Assembly (NCBI RefSeq): GCF_001194135.2
Contig: NC_068981.1
Location: 173,228,277-173,292,276, forward strand
Direction: 5' to 3'
Origin: Octopus bimaculoides
Taxonomy: Eukaryota
DNA length: 64,000 nt
A program made the position numbers and the translations under genes. The stretch's first letter is position 1. The number at the start of each line of letters is the position of its first letter. Below are positions 12,654 through 25,949 of this stretch, piece after piece. Below the pieces are notes generated by a model, which did no database searches, was not told the DNA's origin, and worked only from the letters and a program-made list of their open reading frames with translations.

Positions 12654-13175
12654 TACATTATTTACATTTGATGGATATTTGTCCTCATCTTGTTTGTTGT
12701 TAACACAATGTTTCAGCTGATATACCCTCCAGCCTTCATCAGGTGTCCTGTGGAAATTTCGAACCTGGGTTCTCATTCCTAAGGTATTTTTTGATGTTAT
12801 AACAATAATAATTACTATTATTATTCAGGTAACTGCCTGGAATCAAACTCGGAATCTTGGGGTTAATAGCCCACGCTCTTGACCACTACGCCATATGCCC
12901 ATGGGCATATGGTGTAATGGTTACCACTACGCCATAAACCCATGGGCATATGGCGTAGTGGTTAAGAGCGCGGGCTACTAACCCCAAGATTCCGAGTTCA
13001 ATTCCAAGCAGTGACCTGAATAGTAATAATAATATCGAAAAATACCTTAGGAATGAGAACCCAGGTTCAAAATTTCCCTAAGAAACCTGATGAAAGCTGG
13101 AGGGTATATCAGCCGAATTGTTGTGTTAACAACAAACAAGATGTGGACAAATATCCGTCAAATGTAAATAATGTA
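12654..13175. mobile_element. Head-to-head palindromic element: two inverted tRNA-headed SINE-like arms, each with a hammerhead-like motif
   Basis: 12654-12905 is the reverse complement of ~12935-13175. A box TGGCGTAGTGG at 12951-12961 and B box GAGTTCAATTC at 12994-13004. Central GCCCATGGGC-like palindromes. Confidence 0.85.
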
Positions 13176-13470
13176 CATAATTTCTCATCTCTTAAACATA
13201 GAACAGAAAGGGATTTGTTTGATAACTGTGAAGTTTCTAGTACTGACTTGTTCTAGTTTCTATGTACCGCAGTTTCAGTTGCTAAAAGATGGGTACTATT
13301 TTCCAAGCTTTTTATTTTTTTTCTACATATGTTTCATTAATATGAGGTTTTTTGTGTTTGAAATCCATTATTTCTATGAAGTCTGTTGTAAAAATTATTA
13401 TATATATTAATGTTATATAGGAATTTTTGAGTTACCTCTGATTATAGGGATGGTTTTGTTTTATTTTCAG

Positions 13471-14015
13471 ATTCATCTGTGTCAGCACCATTACAACCTG
13501 AAGAACCAGATAAGGATATTTCGACATCTGATAAGGATGATACAGAAATAAGTAAGGATGTATCTAATTCTGATGAAAAGGAAGAGGCTGATCTGGATAA
13601 TGATAACGGCAAAGAAGTTGACAGCAGTTCTGAAAGGCTTTCTAAAACACCATCTCCATTACAATTTTCAAGAAACAATTCCAATGAAGATTTGTCAAGT
13701 GTTACTAAGTCTTGTGAAATTTCAGAAAGCTGGGAAAATAACGATAAAAAAAGATCTGCTGAAGAAGCTGATGATTGGACTGATGCAGAAATTGCCCCAG
13801 TAAAACGATCTCGTTTAGATGATGTAATTGGTAACTTAGGGTCACGGATTGGTATTAAATTAGATTCTATCCCATTTGTTGACGAATTGGAAGAGTCTAG
13901 TAAAGACAGTGATTCTAGTGAAAAACCCTCTGAAGAATCAGTAACAACAGACGAAGAAGAAGATCAAGAAAAAACATCAAATTCAGACCAAAAGTACATC
14001 AAGATATCTGAAAAG
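13471..14015 (+). CDS. ATF7IP: ATF7IP coding exon (first visible; acidic N-terminal region; phase 1 in, phase 0 out)
   Basis: Acceptor TTATTTTCAG|AT and donor AAG|GTAGCA. Open frame DSSVSAPLQPEE...KYIKISEK, in phase with the next exon. Confidence 0.85.
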
Positions 14016-14489
14016 GTAGCATTCATTCATTTTGGAAATATCTTTGTTCCTAGATTACTGCTTCATTGTACTTTGAACTTAGATATTTTTGTCTCTCAAT
14101 TCAAAGGAACATTTTTCAAATATCATACCCTTTAACTCTTTTGTTATTATATTTCTGTTGACATACACCTCATTTGTTTCAGTTAATTTTCAGATAATGA
14201 AGGCATGAGTAAATTAACTTGTTATTATTAAACTGGTGTTTGGAACATAAACATGAAATTTTGATGGAAGGTTAAAACAGTATGCTTACATCATAGAGCT
14301 AGATGTGATCTTGGCAAGTTGGTATTAGCTAAATATTTCTGGATTAAAAGTGTCATAAGATTTCATTACCATTTTAGTAATATTTCATTATAAAAATACA
14401 AATTAAAAGAAGAAAAAAAAAATTAGAAAAAAAAAATTTAATGTAATGATATATTGATTACAGTTTTAATGCTTTATATATATTGTCGA

Positions 14490-14567
<78 letters not shown>

Positions 14568-14740
14568 TTAATGTCAGTTTTCCATGCTTGTATGGGTTGG
14601 ACAGTTTGACTGGAGCTGGCAAGTCAGACAGCAGTACCAGGCCCCAATTGTCTGTTTTGGCATGGTTTCTATGGCTGGATGCCATCCTAATACCAACCAC
14701 TTTACAGAGTGTACTGGGTGCTTTTTATGTGGCACACACC
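14490..14740 (-). mobile_element. LINE 3' tail with a long (CAT)n microsatellite
   Basis: (CAT)n at 14490-14565 followed by TTTAATGTC.GTTTTCCATGCT.G.ATGGGTTGGAC. Confidence 0.8.
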
Positions 14741-14829
14741 TCTGTTCTTAAATATAGATAACCAGAGAAAGGTTATCCCAGTTCTAATTGCTGTTTAATG
14801 ATTTTTCCTTCTTATTGTTCAAAATACTT

Positions 14830-14985
14830 GCACAATGGAACTTCTACTTACCAAATTCATTCACAAGGTTTTGGCTGGCCCAAAGCTATAGTAGAAGACA
14901 CTTGCTCAAGATACCATGTAGTGGGACTGAACCCAAAACCATGTGGTTGGCAAGTGAACTTCTTTTCCACATTGCCATACCTGCA
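14830..14985 (-). mobile_element. tRNA-derived SINE (family A)
   Basis: Reverse complement of the 6257 and 46578 family. Confidence 0.7.
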
Positions 14986-15371
14986 ACTCACATGTTGCAA
15001 GGTTATACGCATTTATTATTTAATTTTTTTTTACTATTAAATTACTCAGTACTATATTTTTCACTTCCAAGATACATCTGACAACAACTTGTACTGACTC
15101 TGGTCTTGTAACTCAATTACATCTATGTTGTATTCAAAACATTGGTAAAATTTCCCACTTCAAACACTAAAGAGCTTTCATACTTTTTAAATGTGATTTG
15201 TGTTGAGTAATTCTCTCCTGTGAGTATGAGGTACTGAAGACAGGAGGAGTATATTTGATTCATATTTAGTTAAACTCAGTTCTTTTGAATATTTAAAACA
15301 TACTTGCAGCAAATTATAGCTGTACTTTTTGATATATTAATACTAAACTGGGTTTTTGTTTTTAATCCTAG

Positions 15372-15581
15372 GAATTAGCTGAGATTGTAAAAAGAGAAGT
15401 TATAAATATTTTAAACAGTAAAGAAACCACTTTAGAAAGTCTTCAGGTTAAAATTGATGAATTACAAGCGACAAATGAATATTGGAAAACACAAGCAAAG
15501 GAGTTACATAAAGAAGTTCTTGAACTTACTGTGTTGCAGCAAAAACAAGAAAAACGAAAAGCTGCTGCTATTGCCCTTAAG
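15372..15581 (+). CDS. ATF7IP: ATF7IP exon: coiled coil (putative SETDB1-binding region)
   Basis: TAG|GAA...AAG|GTAATA, 210 nt. ELAEIVKREVINILNSKETTLESLQVKIDELQATNEYWKTQAKELHKEVLELTVLQQKQEKRKAAAIALK. Confidence 0.92.
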
Positions 15582-15805
15582 GTAATAAATAGTGTATTTG
15601 TTTTTGCTTCACCTGTTGTTTAAATTGTGTTATTGTTTTTATTTAATCCTAAAAACATCTGAACTCTTTTTGTCACTTTGAATTTTATGCTTTTAGCAAA
15701 TATGTAATTGGATATTCACAATTAGGAAGCAGACATTTCAGGAAAATTTAAGCTGTACATTCGAACTCTGTCAGAAATAATGTTCCTAGCTCTGATGTCA
15801 TCATC

Positions 15806-17343
15806 ATCATCATCATCGTTTAACGTCCGCTTTCCATGCTAGCATGGGTTGGACGATTTGACTGAGGACTGGTGAAACCGGATGGCAACACCAGGCTCCA
15901 GTCTGATTTGGCAGAGTTTCTACAGCTGGATGCCCTTCCTAACGCCAACCACTCAGAGAGTGTAGTGGGTGATTTTACGTGTCACCCGCACGAAAACGGC
16001 CACGCTCGAAATGGTGTCTTTTATGTGCCACCCACACAAGCCAGTCCAGGGGCACTGGCAACGATCTCGCTCGAAAATCCTACAGGAGCCAGTCAGGNNN
16101 NNNNNNNNNNNNNNNNNNNNNNNNNNNNNNNNNNNNNNNNNNNNNNNNNNNNNNNNNNNNNNNNNNNNNNNNNNNNNNNNNNNNNNNNNNNNNNNNNNNN
16201 NNNNNNNNNNNNNNNNNNNNNNNNNNNNNNNNNNNNNNNNNNNNNNNNNNNNNNNNNNNNNNNNNNNNNNNNNNNNNNNNNNNNNNNNNNNNNNNNNNNN
16301 NNNNNNNNNNNNNNNNNNNNNNNNNNNNNNNNNNNNNNNNNNNNNNNNNNNNNNNNNNNNNNNNNNNNNNNNNNNNNNNNNNNNNNNNNNNNNNNNNNNN
16401 NNNNNNNNNNNNNNNNNNNNNNNNNNNNNNNNNNNNNNNNNNNNNNNNNNNNNNNNNNNNNNNNNNNNNNNNNNNNNNNNNNNNNNNNNNNNNNNNNNNN
16501 NNNNNNNNNNNNNNNNNNNNNNNNNNNNNNNNNNNNNNNNNNNNNNNNNNNNNNNNNNNNNNNNNNNNNNNNNNNNNNNNNNNNNNNNNNNNNNNNNNNN
16601 NNNNNNNNNNNNNNNNNNNNNNNNNNNNNNNNNNNNNNNNNNNNNNNNNNNNNNNNNNNNNNNNNNNNNNNNNNNNNNNNNNNNNNNNNNNNNNNNNNNN
16701 NNNNNNNNNNNNNNNNNNNNNNNNNNNNNNNNNNNNNNNNNNNNNNNNNNNNNNNNNNNNNNNNNNNNNNNNNNNNNNNNNNNNNNNNNNNNNNNNNNNN
16801 NNNNNNNNNNNNNNNNNNNNNNNNNNNNNNNNNNNNNNNNNNNNNNNNNNNNNNNNNNNNNNNNNNNNNNNNNNNNNNNNNNNNNNNNNNNNNNNNNNNN
16901 NNNNNNNNNNNNNNNNNNNNNNNNNNNNNNNNNNNNNNNNNNNNNNNNNNNNNNNNNNNNNNNNNNNNNNNNNNNNNNNNNTATCTACCTTCCTACTTAT
17001 TAGGATTTTGGTTTTAGCTAGGTTGACTCTAAGGCCCTTCAATTCTAGACCTTGCTTCCACACCTGAAACTTCTCCTCTAGTTCTGATAGTGACTCTGCA
17101 ATTAGGGCAAGGTCATCAGCATAGAGGAGCTCCCAGGGGCAACCTGTCTTGAACTCCTCTGTGATTGCCTGGAGGACTATGGTAAATAAGAGGGGGCTGA
17201 GGACGGAACCTTGGTGGACCCCTACCTCTACCCGGAATTCATTGCTGTACTCATTTCCAACCCTCACCTTACTGGCAGCATCTCTGTACATGGCTCGCAC
17301 AGCTCTCACTAATCATTCTTTTATCCCAAGTTTCCTAATTTAA
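15806..17343 (-). mobile_element. RTE-clade LINE (RT domain plus 3' tail) interrupted by an assembly gap
   Basis: GVHQGSVLSPLLF and LLYADD RT motifs in ORF 16080-17309 (-). (CAT)n tail and 3'UTR at 15806-16097. Confidence 0.9.
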
Positions 17344-17935
17344 ATACCTCTAGCGGCAATAATTATCAATATATTGTGGTAGACACAGTTGAGTTTGTGT
17401 TTTTTTTTTATATATAAATTTTCATTTCATTTTTTATAATAGTCAGCAGGGGAAGGCAGTGTTCTTTTTTCTAGGGTCTCTGAAGGATTGGTAGGAGAAA
17501 AGGTGGAAGATACCCTTAGATCTGTGACCTAGCCCATATGCTAGCAGCAAGGAACATTCATGGGCCATTTATTGGTGTGAAACCTAGCAGTGGATTAAGT
17601 CTACTACTCAAGAGCAGGAATGATCCCTCTGACAGGCTCCCATATAGTTTCTGTTTACCTATTTTCTCTCTGAAGGCATTGGTCATTCTAAAGCCTTGAC
17701 AGTGATGCCATGCAATGGGATTGAACCTGAAACCATGTAGTAACTTAATCTTATGACCATGCCTATATACTTTTCTCACCTACAATATCATCTTTTTTCT
17801 TAATAAATAAATCTCATTCAATTTTAATAAAATAATTTAGAATATTTTATATTTTGTTAAAACGTTTTTGTTGTTATTTTTTCATGTTAAGGTTTTAGAA
17901 TGTAATTATTAATTACATGTTTTTTTCTCTTTCAG

Positions 17936-17980
17936 GCAATTACAGCAAGACATGTTGCTGTTCAGGTTGATGAAGGAAAG
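17936..17980 (+). CDS. ATF7IP: ATF7IP 45-nt exon
   Basis: TTTCTCTTTCAG|GCA...AAG|GTAAAA. AITARHVAVQVDEGK, phase 0/0. Confidence 0.88.
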
Positions 17981-19263
17981 GTAAAATATAATACAGTTTT
18001 GCTTTGTTTTTTAACTTGGCCCAGACTGTTGTTAGTACATATATTATCAGCCTACACACTTTAAAACAATTGGGGACTACTTGAAAATTGATATGTTGAA
18101 TTCAGAAGGAAGATCAATGCTGAATAACAAATTAAACCAATAAAACAAAGCAATTAAGCTTACAAGGATTCTTGTATCCTTTCCTCTTGATACTTTTTTA
18201 AAAAATTTATTGACAGCACAGTATTATGAGTTATAATTATGTCGTTTGTTAAAACTGATGAGACTATAGAAATATGGTAGGACTGTCATAAATAAAAATA
18301 ATCTATCATGAAGACAATTAGCTAACTGAATTTTTGAGACTTTTATAGTTTTTAATATTTTTAGACCCAAATATATTACTTTTTTGTTATTTGTGAAAAT
18401 TATTAGGTATTTCAAAGTGATTAAGTAGAGCAACAGACAGGCTAAATAAAACATTGTATTTTAGTTTTGTCTTTTATTCTTCCTGACTTATAAAATAATC
18501 ATCAGTAAGACTAATGAGTATTAATGTTGCTTAGCTGTGTTTTAGTCCCTTCTCCTTTTCATATGCCTTTCGAAATGCCAATTGCTTGAATGTTATGGGG
18601 AGTAGTTAATGTTTAAAGTAATCTTGAAGCTTTTATTTTGCAGTATTTTTAACTTGGTTTAATATATAATATGGTCTTTGGTTAAAACCTTGCACTGCCA
18701 TTAGTACACTCATTGTAATTTGCTTTTCATTTACAAGGTTAATTATATACGCATACTTTCATACACACTATGTGATGTTCACACCAACTGCGAATGTCAC
18801 ATTGTAGGTTATACTACATTGTTTAATTCTTATAAGGGGGGGGGAATAATAATAAAGTGGCTGCTAAATATAGATTGAGTGATGTTTAAGTTCAGTTTAT
18901 TGTATCCATGTGATAGTAGGAAAGTGATATTAGTAGCTATTCTTATAACATTTTTCACAAAAGTGAAGAGAATAAAATGGCTGCTTCTGATCCAATCCTT
19001 AGTTGTTTTTATGTAATCTAAATAGATTTTTAACTCTAGTGTATTTATGATCATAATCATTATCACCACCAGTATTATCATGTTTCATAAAAAATCAGTC
19101 ATTTATACTTTATAATTCTTATATATTTTGGCTATATGAAGGTGTTATGTTTTACACCTGTTGTGATCACGTCATTTAAAAAAAATATTGCAGTCATCCC
19201 AATAATCATACTTGTCATGTTTTACACCTATTGTGATCACATTTTTTTTTATCCTTGTTGCAG

Positions 19264-19545
19264 ACTTCCCAAACTCCCAGTTCAACTAAAACAGTCAAAA
19301 TAACCACACAAAAGAAATCCATTCAATCACCTTCCTCTTTATCATTTTCATCATCATCATCTTCATCACTCTCAGCCCCTGTGGCAGTTTCAGCAAATCT
19401 TGGCATATCTGAAAACTCATCCTCTCATTGGTCTCGTGCAATCACCACTCAAGATACTATACAGTCTAATTTGGTAGCTCAGCCTACAGTGACTTCAGGC
19501 TTACTGTCCAATAATACTACTCCCTTAGCAGTCTTTAAGAAAAAG
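19264..19545 (+). CDS. ATF7IP: ATF7IP exon (Ser/Thr-rich)
   Basis: TTGCAG|ACT...AAG|GTGAGA, 282 nt, phase 0/0. Confidence 0.9.
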
Positions 19546-20902
19546 GTGAGAAAATATTAAACATGGAAGATATTTAGTTGTCTTCTTTCATATTCACAAA
19601 TAATTCCATTTATGAATTTTTTTTTTGGTAGTCATGAATTATGAACCCATAAAATTTGACTAATAATTTTTATACATAATGTTTATACTTTTACAAATGT
19701 TTTAAGTTGTTGATAAATAAATTGTAGATTCTTGTAAGGTCTTTAAATATAATTTTTTTTAGGCTTACTAATATTGATAAATTTGTATAATCCTAAACAT
19801 ACTATAGATGCAGATATAGCATATTAATCGTGAATATTTGGATAAATCAATTAGTGATAAAATGTAGATGAAAAAAAGTAACCTGAACATATGATTTTAC
19901 ATAATTACCATAATAATTATGAATTATTCAGTTTTGCCCCAGTGTTAAAAATTCTTCACTACAATCCCTTTGGATTTCTAGAGTAGATATATTTTGTATA
20001 ATAATCTTCTAAGAATTAGTTTTGATTGAATTTATATTTCTAAATTTAGCCTTGTATAATAAATCTAAAAAAATATTTTGTTCCTGAGATAAAATCTCTC
20101 AAGGTGTTAGAGTTTCTGTATTTATTCATATTCGCTGATTTTTGTTTCAACCAAATATGTTTACTTTTTCTCTTTTACATGTGCTTCTCCTTTGTCATTT
20201 CAAACATTTTACCATGCATTTTCATATTTATATTAGATACTTCATTTAGAACATTTTTATGCTTTTCTTTTTCTTTTGTTAAAAAAAAATGTAGTAAAAC
20301 TTCTATTTAGATAATATATTTTCATTATGTGGCAACATTTTTGTAAGTGAAATATATTTGGATTGTCAAGTTGTTTGAAAATTGAGACTTCATGACACAA
20401 ATATGGAAACGTATTTTAATTCACATTAGTTAATATTTTGGGGATTTTTACATTCACACAAGACAGATAAAGAGAGTAATGTGATGGTTGAAGTATATTT
20501 TTCCCTATTTTCATTTACTCTATATAAATGCTTCTAATGACATTAAGGTTGAGGCTATCAGTGATCTCTCTCTATATAAAGAGGTTTTTAGATGTATGGT
20601 GAACATGTTTGTGAACACTATTATATAGTTTCCAGTAACATTATTTTATGCCAGCATCAGTTCTCCAAGATAAACTTGCTCTTCTTTCAGTTTTGTATAC
20701 AAGATTATTTTCATAAGTTACTCAAGTGGTAAAGGACATTGTTATTCTTTTTATATCTGTATGATCAATATAGTTGTTTTGTTAAAACTTCTGTAGATTC
20801 AAACTACTGATATATTTTTAATTTACCAAATTGTTGTGCAATTCATTTATTTTGTTGCTGAGAAACAAAATTTAATGAGGTTATTTAAATTTGTTATTCC
20901 AG

Positions 20903-21703
20903 ATTGTGCCACCTAATAATAGTAACAATAACAATAATCAGTCAAAGAATGGACAAGTGAGCAGTCAGTTAACTACACCAGTCACCAAATATCAGTCCAC
21001 AACAGTTAAAAGCTTACTTGATGCGTCACGTAATACAAACCAAGTGTCTACGCCACAAACTTTGCTTTACCAATCTTCTGGTCTAATTGTTGTATCTCCT
21101 CCAACTGCAACTGCAACAACAGCAGCAAATACTACTACTACAACCCGGAGTATTCTTACTAAACCAGTTACAAGTCAGGCACCATCTGGAGCTGTAAAAT
21201 TAATAGATTTAACAGGGGATGATGAAGCACCGTTTAAAAATCAAGCAAATGGAAAGAATGTTGTCCACACAGCTGCCATTGCACCCATGGGATCTGTGCG
21301 GTCAAACATTGTCTCCCAACAAGTTGTTCGTCAGGTAACACCAGTACAACAACCAAAAGTACCTTTTGGTACATCATTTCTTTTAAGTACACCTGCTGGG
21401 ACTCAAATCATCAGCCCATCAGTAACACAAGGTGTAGGAGCAGCAAAACCTGGTGTATGCCAGTATGTTCTTACATCGACACCCAATATCCGGCCGGGTG
21501 CATTAGTTACAGTAGTACCTACTACAGGAACACAGAACTCTTCAGTGAGACCACCAATTGTATCAAGTACAGTTGCAAATGCAGGTTCTTTACCACAGTT
21601 ACGGCCAGCTCAACAATCCACTGCAGTAGCCTCAGTTGATCTAACAAAGGCGATACGGCCACCTCCACCACTTCAAAGTGCCCCAGTGCAACAAAACACA
21701 CAG
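20903..21703 (+). CDS. ATF7IP: ATF7IP large low-complexity exon containing the SIM LIDLTGDDE (21200-21226)
   Basis: TTCCAG|ATT...CAG|GTAAGC, 801 nt, phase 0/0. The IDLT+acidic SUMO-interacting motif matches vertebrate MCAF1. Confidence 0.93.
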
Positions 21704-23479
21704 GTAAGCTGAAAAAAAAAAAATCATACTTCTTTCTTGGATTTGATATCTTAAGTGTTCCAGTTGAGCTTAGATAATGTTTTTAGCTTGGTTAATAACC
21801 AGAACCAAATTAGATATTGTATTTGCATTTAATTTGAAGGAGTATTGAAAATTTTATGTTAAATATTTTCTGGTATGAGTAGGTTACATGTTGTGAAGTA
21901 ATTTTTACCTCTACCGGAATACAGCACAGTGGTATTAATGTCCTGAATTTATATGTGTATAATACATGCTTCTTTTTTTCCAGAAATTTAAACTTAAACA
22001 TTTCAGTGTGTGCATGATGTGTGAGGCCTATTATGTTCTGGACCCTATGTATATTATTATATTTGGGATGACATGACTAAACTAAGTTAATCTATTATCC
22101 AAGCTAATTGATGTGTAACATAGCATTTTAATCATAATAATGTTACATTTTTCTATGATAATGATATTAAATTTTTGTTGTATTTCATAAGTATATCCAC
22201 ATTGGAGATTGTGCCTCTGTCAGTGTCTGAATAAATATAGCAAATGTTTGCTGGTAATTGGTGATATGAAGTAATCAGAAAGTAAAATTGACATTAGTAA
22301 CAAATTTTTTTTTTTTTTTTAATCTGACAAATCTGTGCTGTAAATAGATGCTATCTTGTGTGGTGTTGGCACAATTTATATCCCACAAAATTAACACTCA
22401 AAAATGTTGTGCACTATGGTTAGAATACTTTTTTATTTTTGCCACACGTAAAATACCATATTTTAATTTTAAGATTCTAATTTGTAAAAAAAACTTTCAG
22501 CTGATCCTGAATGTCTGTTGTTCAAAACATTAAAAAAGTTTCATAATGAAAATGTCAGGAGTTTTAAAATATGCACATTTTATAGAATAAGTGCTTTATT
22601 CTCTTTGTGACAATGTGACTGTGTGCATCACAACACAAACTGAATAGGAAGATTGAGACTGTACTTACTACACCATCATTATGAAAATCAAATTGATTTT
22701 CTAGAGCAAAAAAAAAAAAACCCAAAATAATTGTGTAGATTGTGTGATTCTATAATATTGATTTTACAGCAGGTGAACTTTCATACACTGTTAGAATGCA
22801 GAGGTCACTTATAATTTGCTTTACAGAAATTATAATTAATCTAAACACTTCTTTTCCTAAACATCATAGTACTACTAAAGAGAGATTTTTTTCCCTAGTA
22901 ATTAGTGGTGTGCATTGTGATAATTTATATACCTCGTAACAAATTTAATGAAAAGACATCATACTTCTCATTTAATGTAGTGGGTTTTTTTAATGATAAT
23001 TTTTAAGCCTACAGCACAATGTCTGTGGTTCATGCAGGGCTACTGCTCATGTACTCATATAGATCTGAGAATTAAGGATTCATTCTTTGAAAATAGCACT
23101 TAATATCACTACTATACTGGCAGTGGTAGTCAATGTTGAATGTCATATAAATCACAATAAGTACATCTTGCCCCTATTGATTTGTATTTTGGAAATCCCA
23201 GAAAAAGATAACAATTCCCATTGTTTAATAATCACTCTTATAATAAATGCTGTTGTCTATATATTTCATATCATGAAGAAAGATAACTCCACTAATATTA
23301 TAGTTACCAGTTATTTTCCTTTCTTTTCTGTGTGTGTGTGTCTCATTCACTCTTTGGTACCCAGCATCGTCTCTTTCTCTCATTGCTCCTTCATCCTGAA
23401 CCTCATTTTCTTTCACTGCCCTACACCTCAACACCCATTCTCATCTAGATTTTATGCCTACTTATTTCCTGTATATTGA

Positions 23480-24700
23480 GCATGGCTACTTCCCTGTAGA
23501 TACTGGAGACCTGTCTTCTAGGATTAGCTTCAGTACCTGGAATTTTCCCTCCAATTCCACAATAGATTCAGCTACGAGAACTAGAATATCAGTGTATAGA
23601 GATTAACATGGATAGCTGATATTAAATTTCTCTCTGATAGCTTGTTTATCTATAACAAATAAGATAGCACTGAGGACTGAACCTTGCTGGAGCACTAATT
23701 CCATGCTAAATTCATCTCTGAAATATTTGTTGACCTTCACTTTCTTTATGGCAGCTTTGTACATAACTTATACTGCCCTCACAAGCCATTTGTCTACTTC
23801 TAGTTTTCTTATTAATCTCCAAATTACTGAATGTGCTACTTCCTTCCTGTCAACAAATGCCAAGAATAGTGGTTCCCTCCTAAACAGGTATTTCTCCTGA
23901 GGAATGTTGCATAAGCAATGCTTTTGCTGGGCAGTCTATATCTCATCTAGGTCTACTTTGCTATGGATTAATTGTGCTATGATTCTTTATGACCTTTATA
24001 ACCTGACCCAACGGTTTTTTTCCTCTATAATTTCCTCTCTGTAAGGCATCTCTTTGGGTATTAACTATCCTGGTGGTTATCATGTATCCTACTCACCAGG
24101 AATTTTGAGCATCTCCACAATTATCCCTGATGGTTCAGTAGTTTTCCTCCCCTTCATGTCTCTAATCACCTCATCTACCACACTGCTGTCAATTTGAATT
24201 GTTGGCCTCTCTGAAGTGGTTAGCATGAGGTAGCACCTTCTTCCTATGTATTCTCCTCATTCAACAGCATTTCATGATAACACTTCCATGCCACTTTCTT
24301 GTCTTCTACAACGATAACAAAAATGCTTTCATTATTTCAGATGCATTCTTCCCCAATAATGTTTTGTTTCTCTAACACACTATCTTGCAATCCAGAAGAC
24401 CCCACATTACTGATTCCCATATTGCAGGACAGGTGCAAATCTCTTTCTCCTTCACTCTTAGCCAAGTACACCTGTTGCCTAATTTAATAATGCTTTCTAC
24501 TTCCCATGTTTTTTCTGGGTTTTCCAAGCTTGTCTTATAGCCATTACAGCCTTATCAACTGTGTCATTCCATCACCACATCATCTTTGATTTGGCTGGGA
24601 CTTTGCACCAACCACACATCTGATCTGTAGCCCAATGCATGTCATTTCATAGATTTCTCTGTTGTTATCTACGTTATAGGTATCTTATTCCTCCCTACAG
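23480..24700 (-). mobile_element. Decayed RTE-clade LINE ORF2 fragment
   Basis: Minus-strand translation includes EKYL...PLFLAFVD...VIWRLIRKLEVDKWLVRAVYVMYK, homologous to the 17309 ORF. Confidence 0.7.
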
Positions 24701-25949
24701 TCACATATATATATATATATATCAATCAGAAATTTCCCGTTTACTAAGCTCTCATTCTGAAGCCACAAGTCAATGTTGAGTAGTGCATATTTGTGTGAGC
24801 CATGTAAAGAAATTCAGTTTAAATAAACCATATATGCCACATGTATATCTTCCTCATCCGTCAGTGCTATCTTCCTTATCCATCAGTGTGGGGCAAGTTC
24901 TTTTGTTTATGATTCCTGTTTTTAGTGATTGGCCTCTGGTGTTCATTTTCTTAAGTTGTTTTTTATTAGAACTTTGTGGCCGTGCACTTCATTAATTAGT
25001 TTCTAATTTTCTCTTGTTATTTTGTTTCTTTGTTTTGTTAGACAGCATTTTAAAAATTTCCACCATTTGGTTTGTCACATATTCAATTACATTTTTATGG
25101 TTTTGTTTTTATTTATATAAACAAGCTTCTTATGAATACTTATATGTTTTGATATCAAAATGTTTTTTACCTTTGGTTTGGTGAGCATATTTCTTGCTTT
25201 TCAAAATCACTGTTCTTGTTTATTGTTTTTGAAATATAGTTTCTTAAGATGTTTTATTGACTGGCCCATTTTTTTGTTGTTGTTTGTATCCTATTTTTGG
25301 CAAAGGGCTGTTTGATATTTTTTACTCTATGGTGACTTTTTGTTTTTGTCAGTGGTGTGTGTTTATATGAATGTTAGCTGTTAGGGGTTCAATTCCAAAG
25401 TATTTCTATATGGAGCCTGGTACATCCTTCTGGCTTGCTAGTCCTCAGTCAAACCGTCCAACCCATGCCAGCATGGAAAGTGGACGTTAAATGATGATGT
25501 GAATGTAAGGGAATAAGCTAATAATAATTCAATGCTCGGAATTTGTTTTTCACATATCTCTCTTCTCTTATTTGTTGAGGAGAGGTCGTGGTGGTGTTAT
25601 GATCCTATTGACATCATTTTGTTTCTACTGCCTGTACATTGTTGGTGGTCTACCCCAGTTTGCAGTTGACACCATTTATTGCAGCTGAATTTATTTTAGT
25701 ATCTACATTGTGATGATCTCATTTCATTTCTTTTGCATAGAAAGTGTATGCAGTGTGAATATTGTATGGGGCATGTTATGAAATCTTTATGTAAGGAGTT
25801 GTGGAGTCTCTTATTTTTTATTTTTGTATTTATCTTAAATATCAAAGGTACTTTGACAAGGACATTGCATTTTTCTGCTATAATTCTAGAATATATTTGA
25901 ATGCATGTGTGCATACACAATATGTTGTGTTTATACTTTTAATTCATCC

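Noticed and set aside
12943-13015. tRNA gene (apparent ACT anticodon)
   Set aside because: It has A/B boxes but no proper acceptor stem, and it is embedded in a repeated palindromic element. It is treated as a SINE head.
14458-14761. Poly-Asp and poly-Ser ORFs
   Set aside because: These are translations of a (CAT)n microsatellite at a LINE tail.
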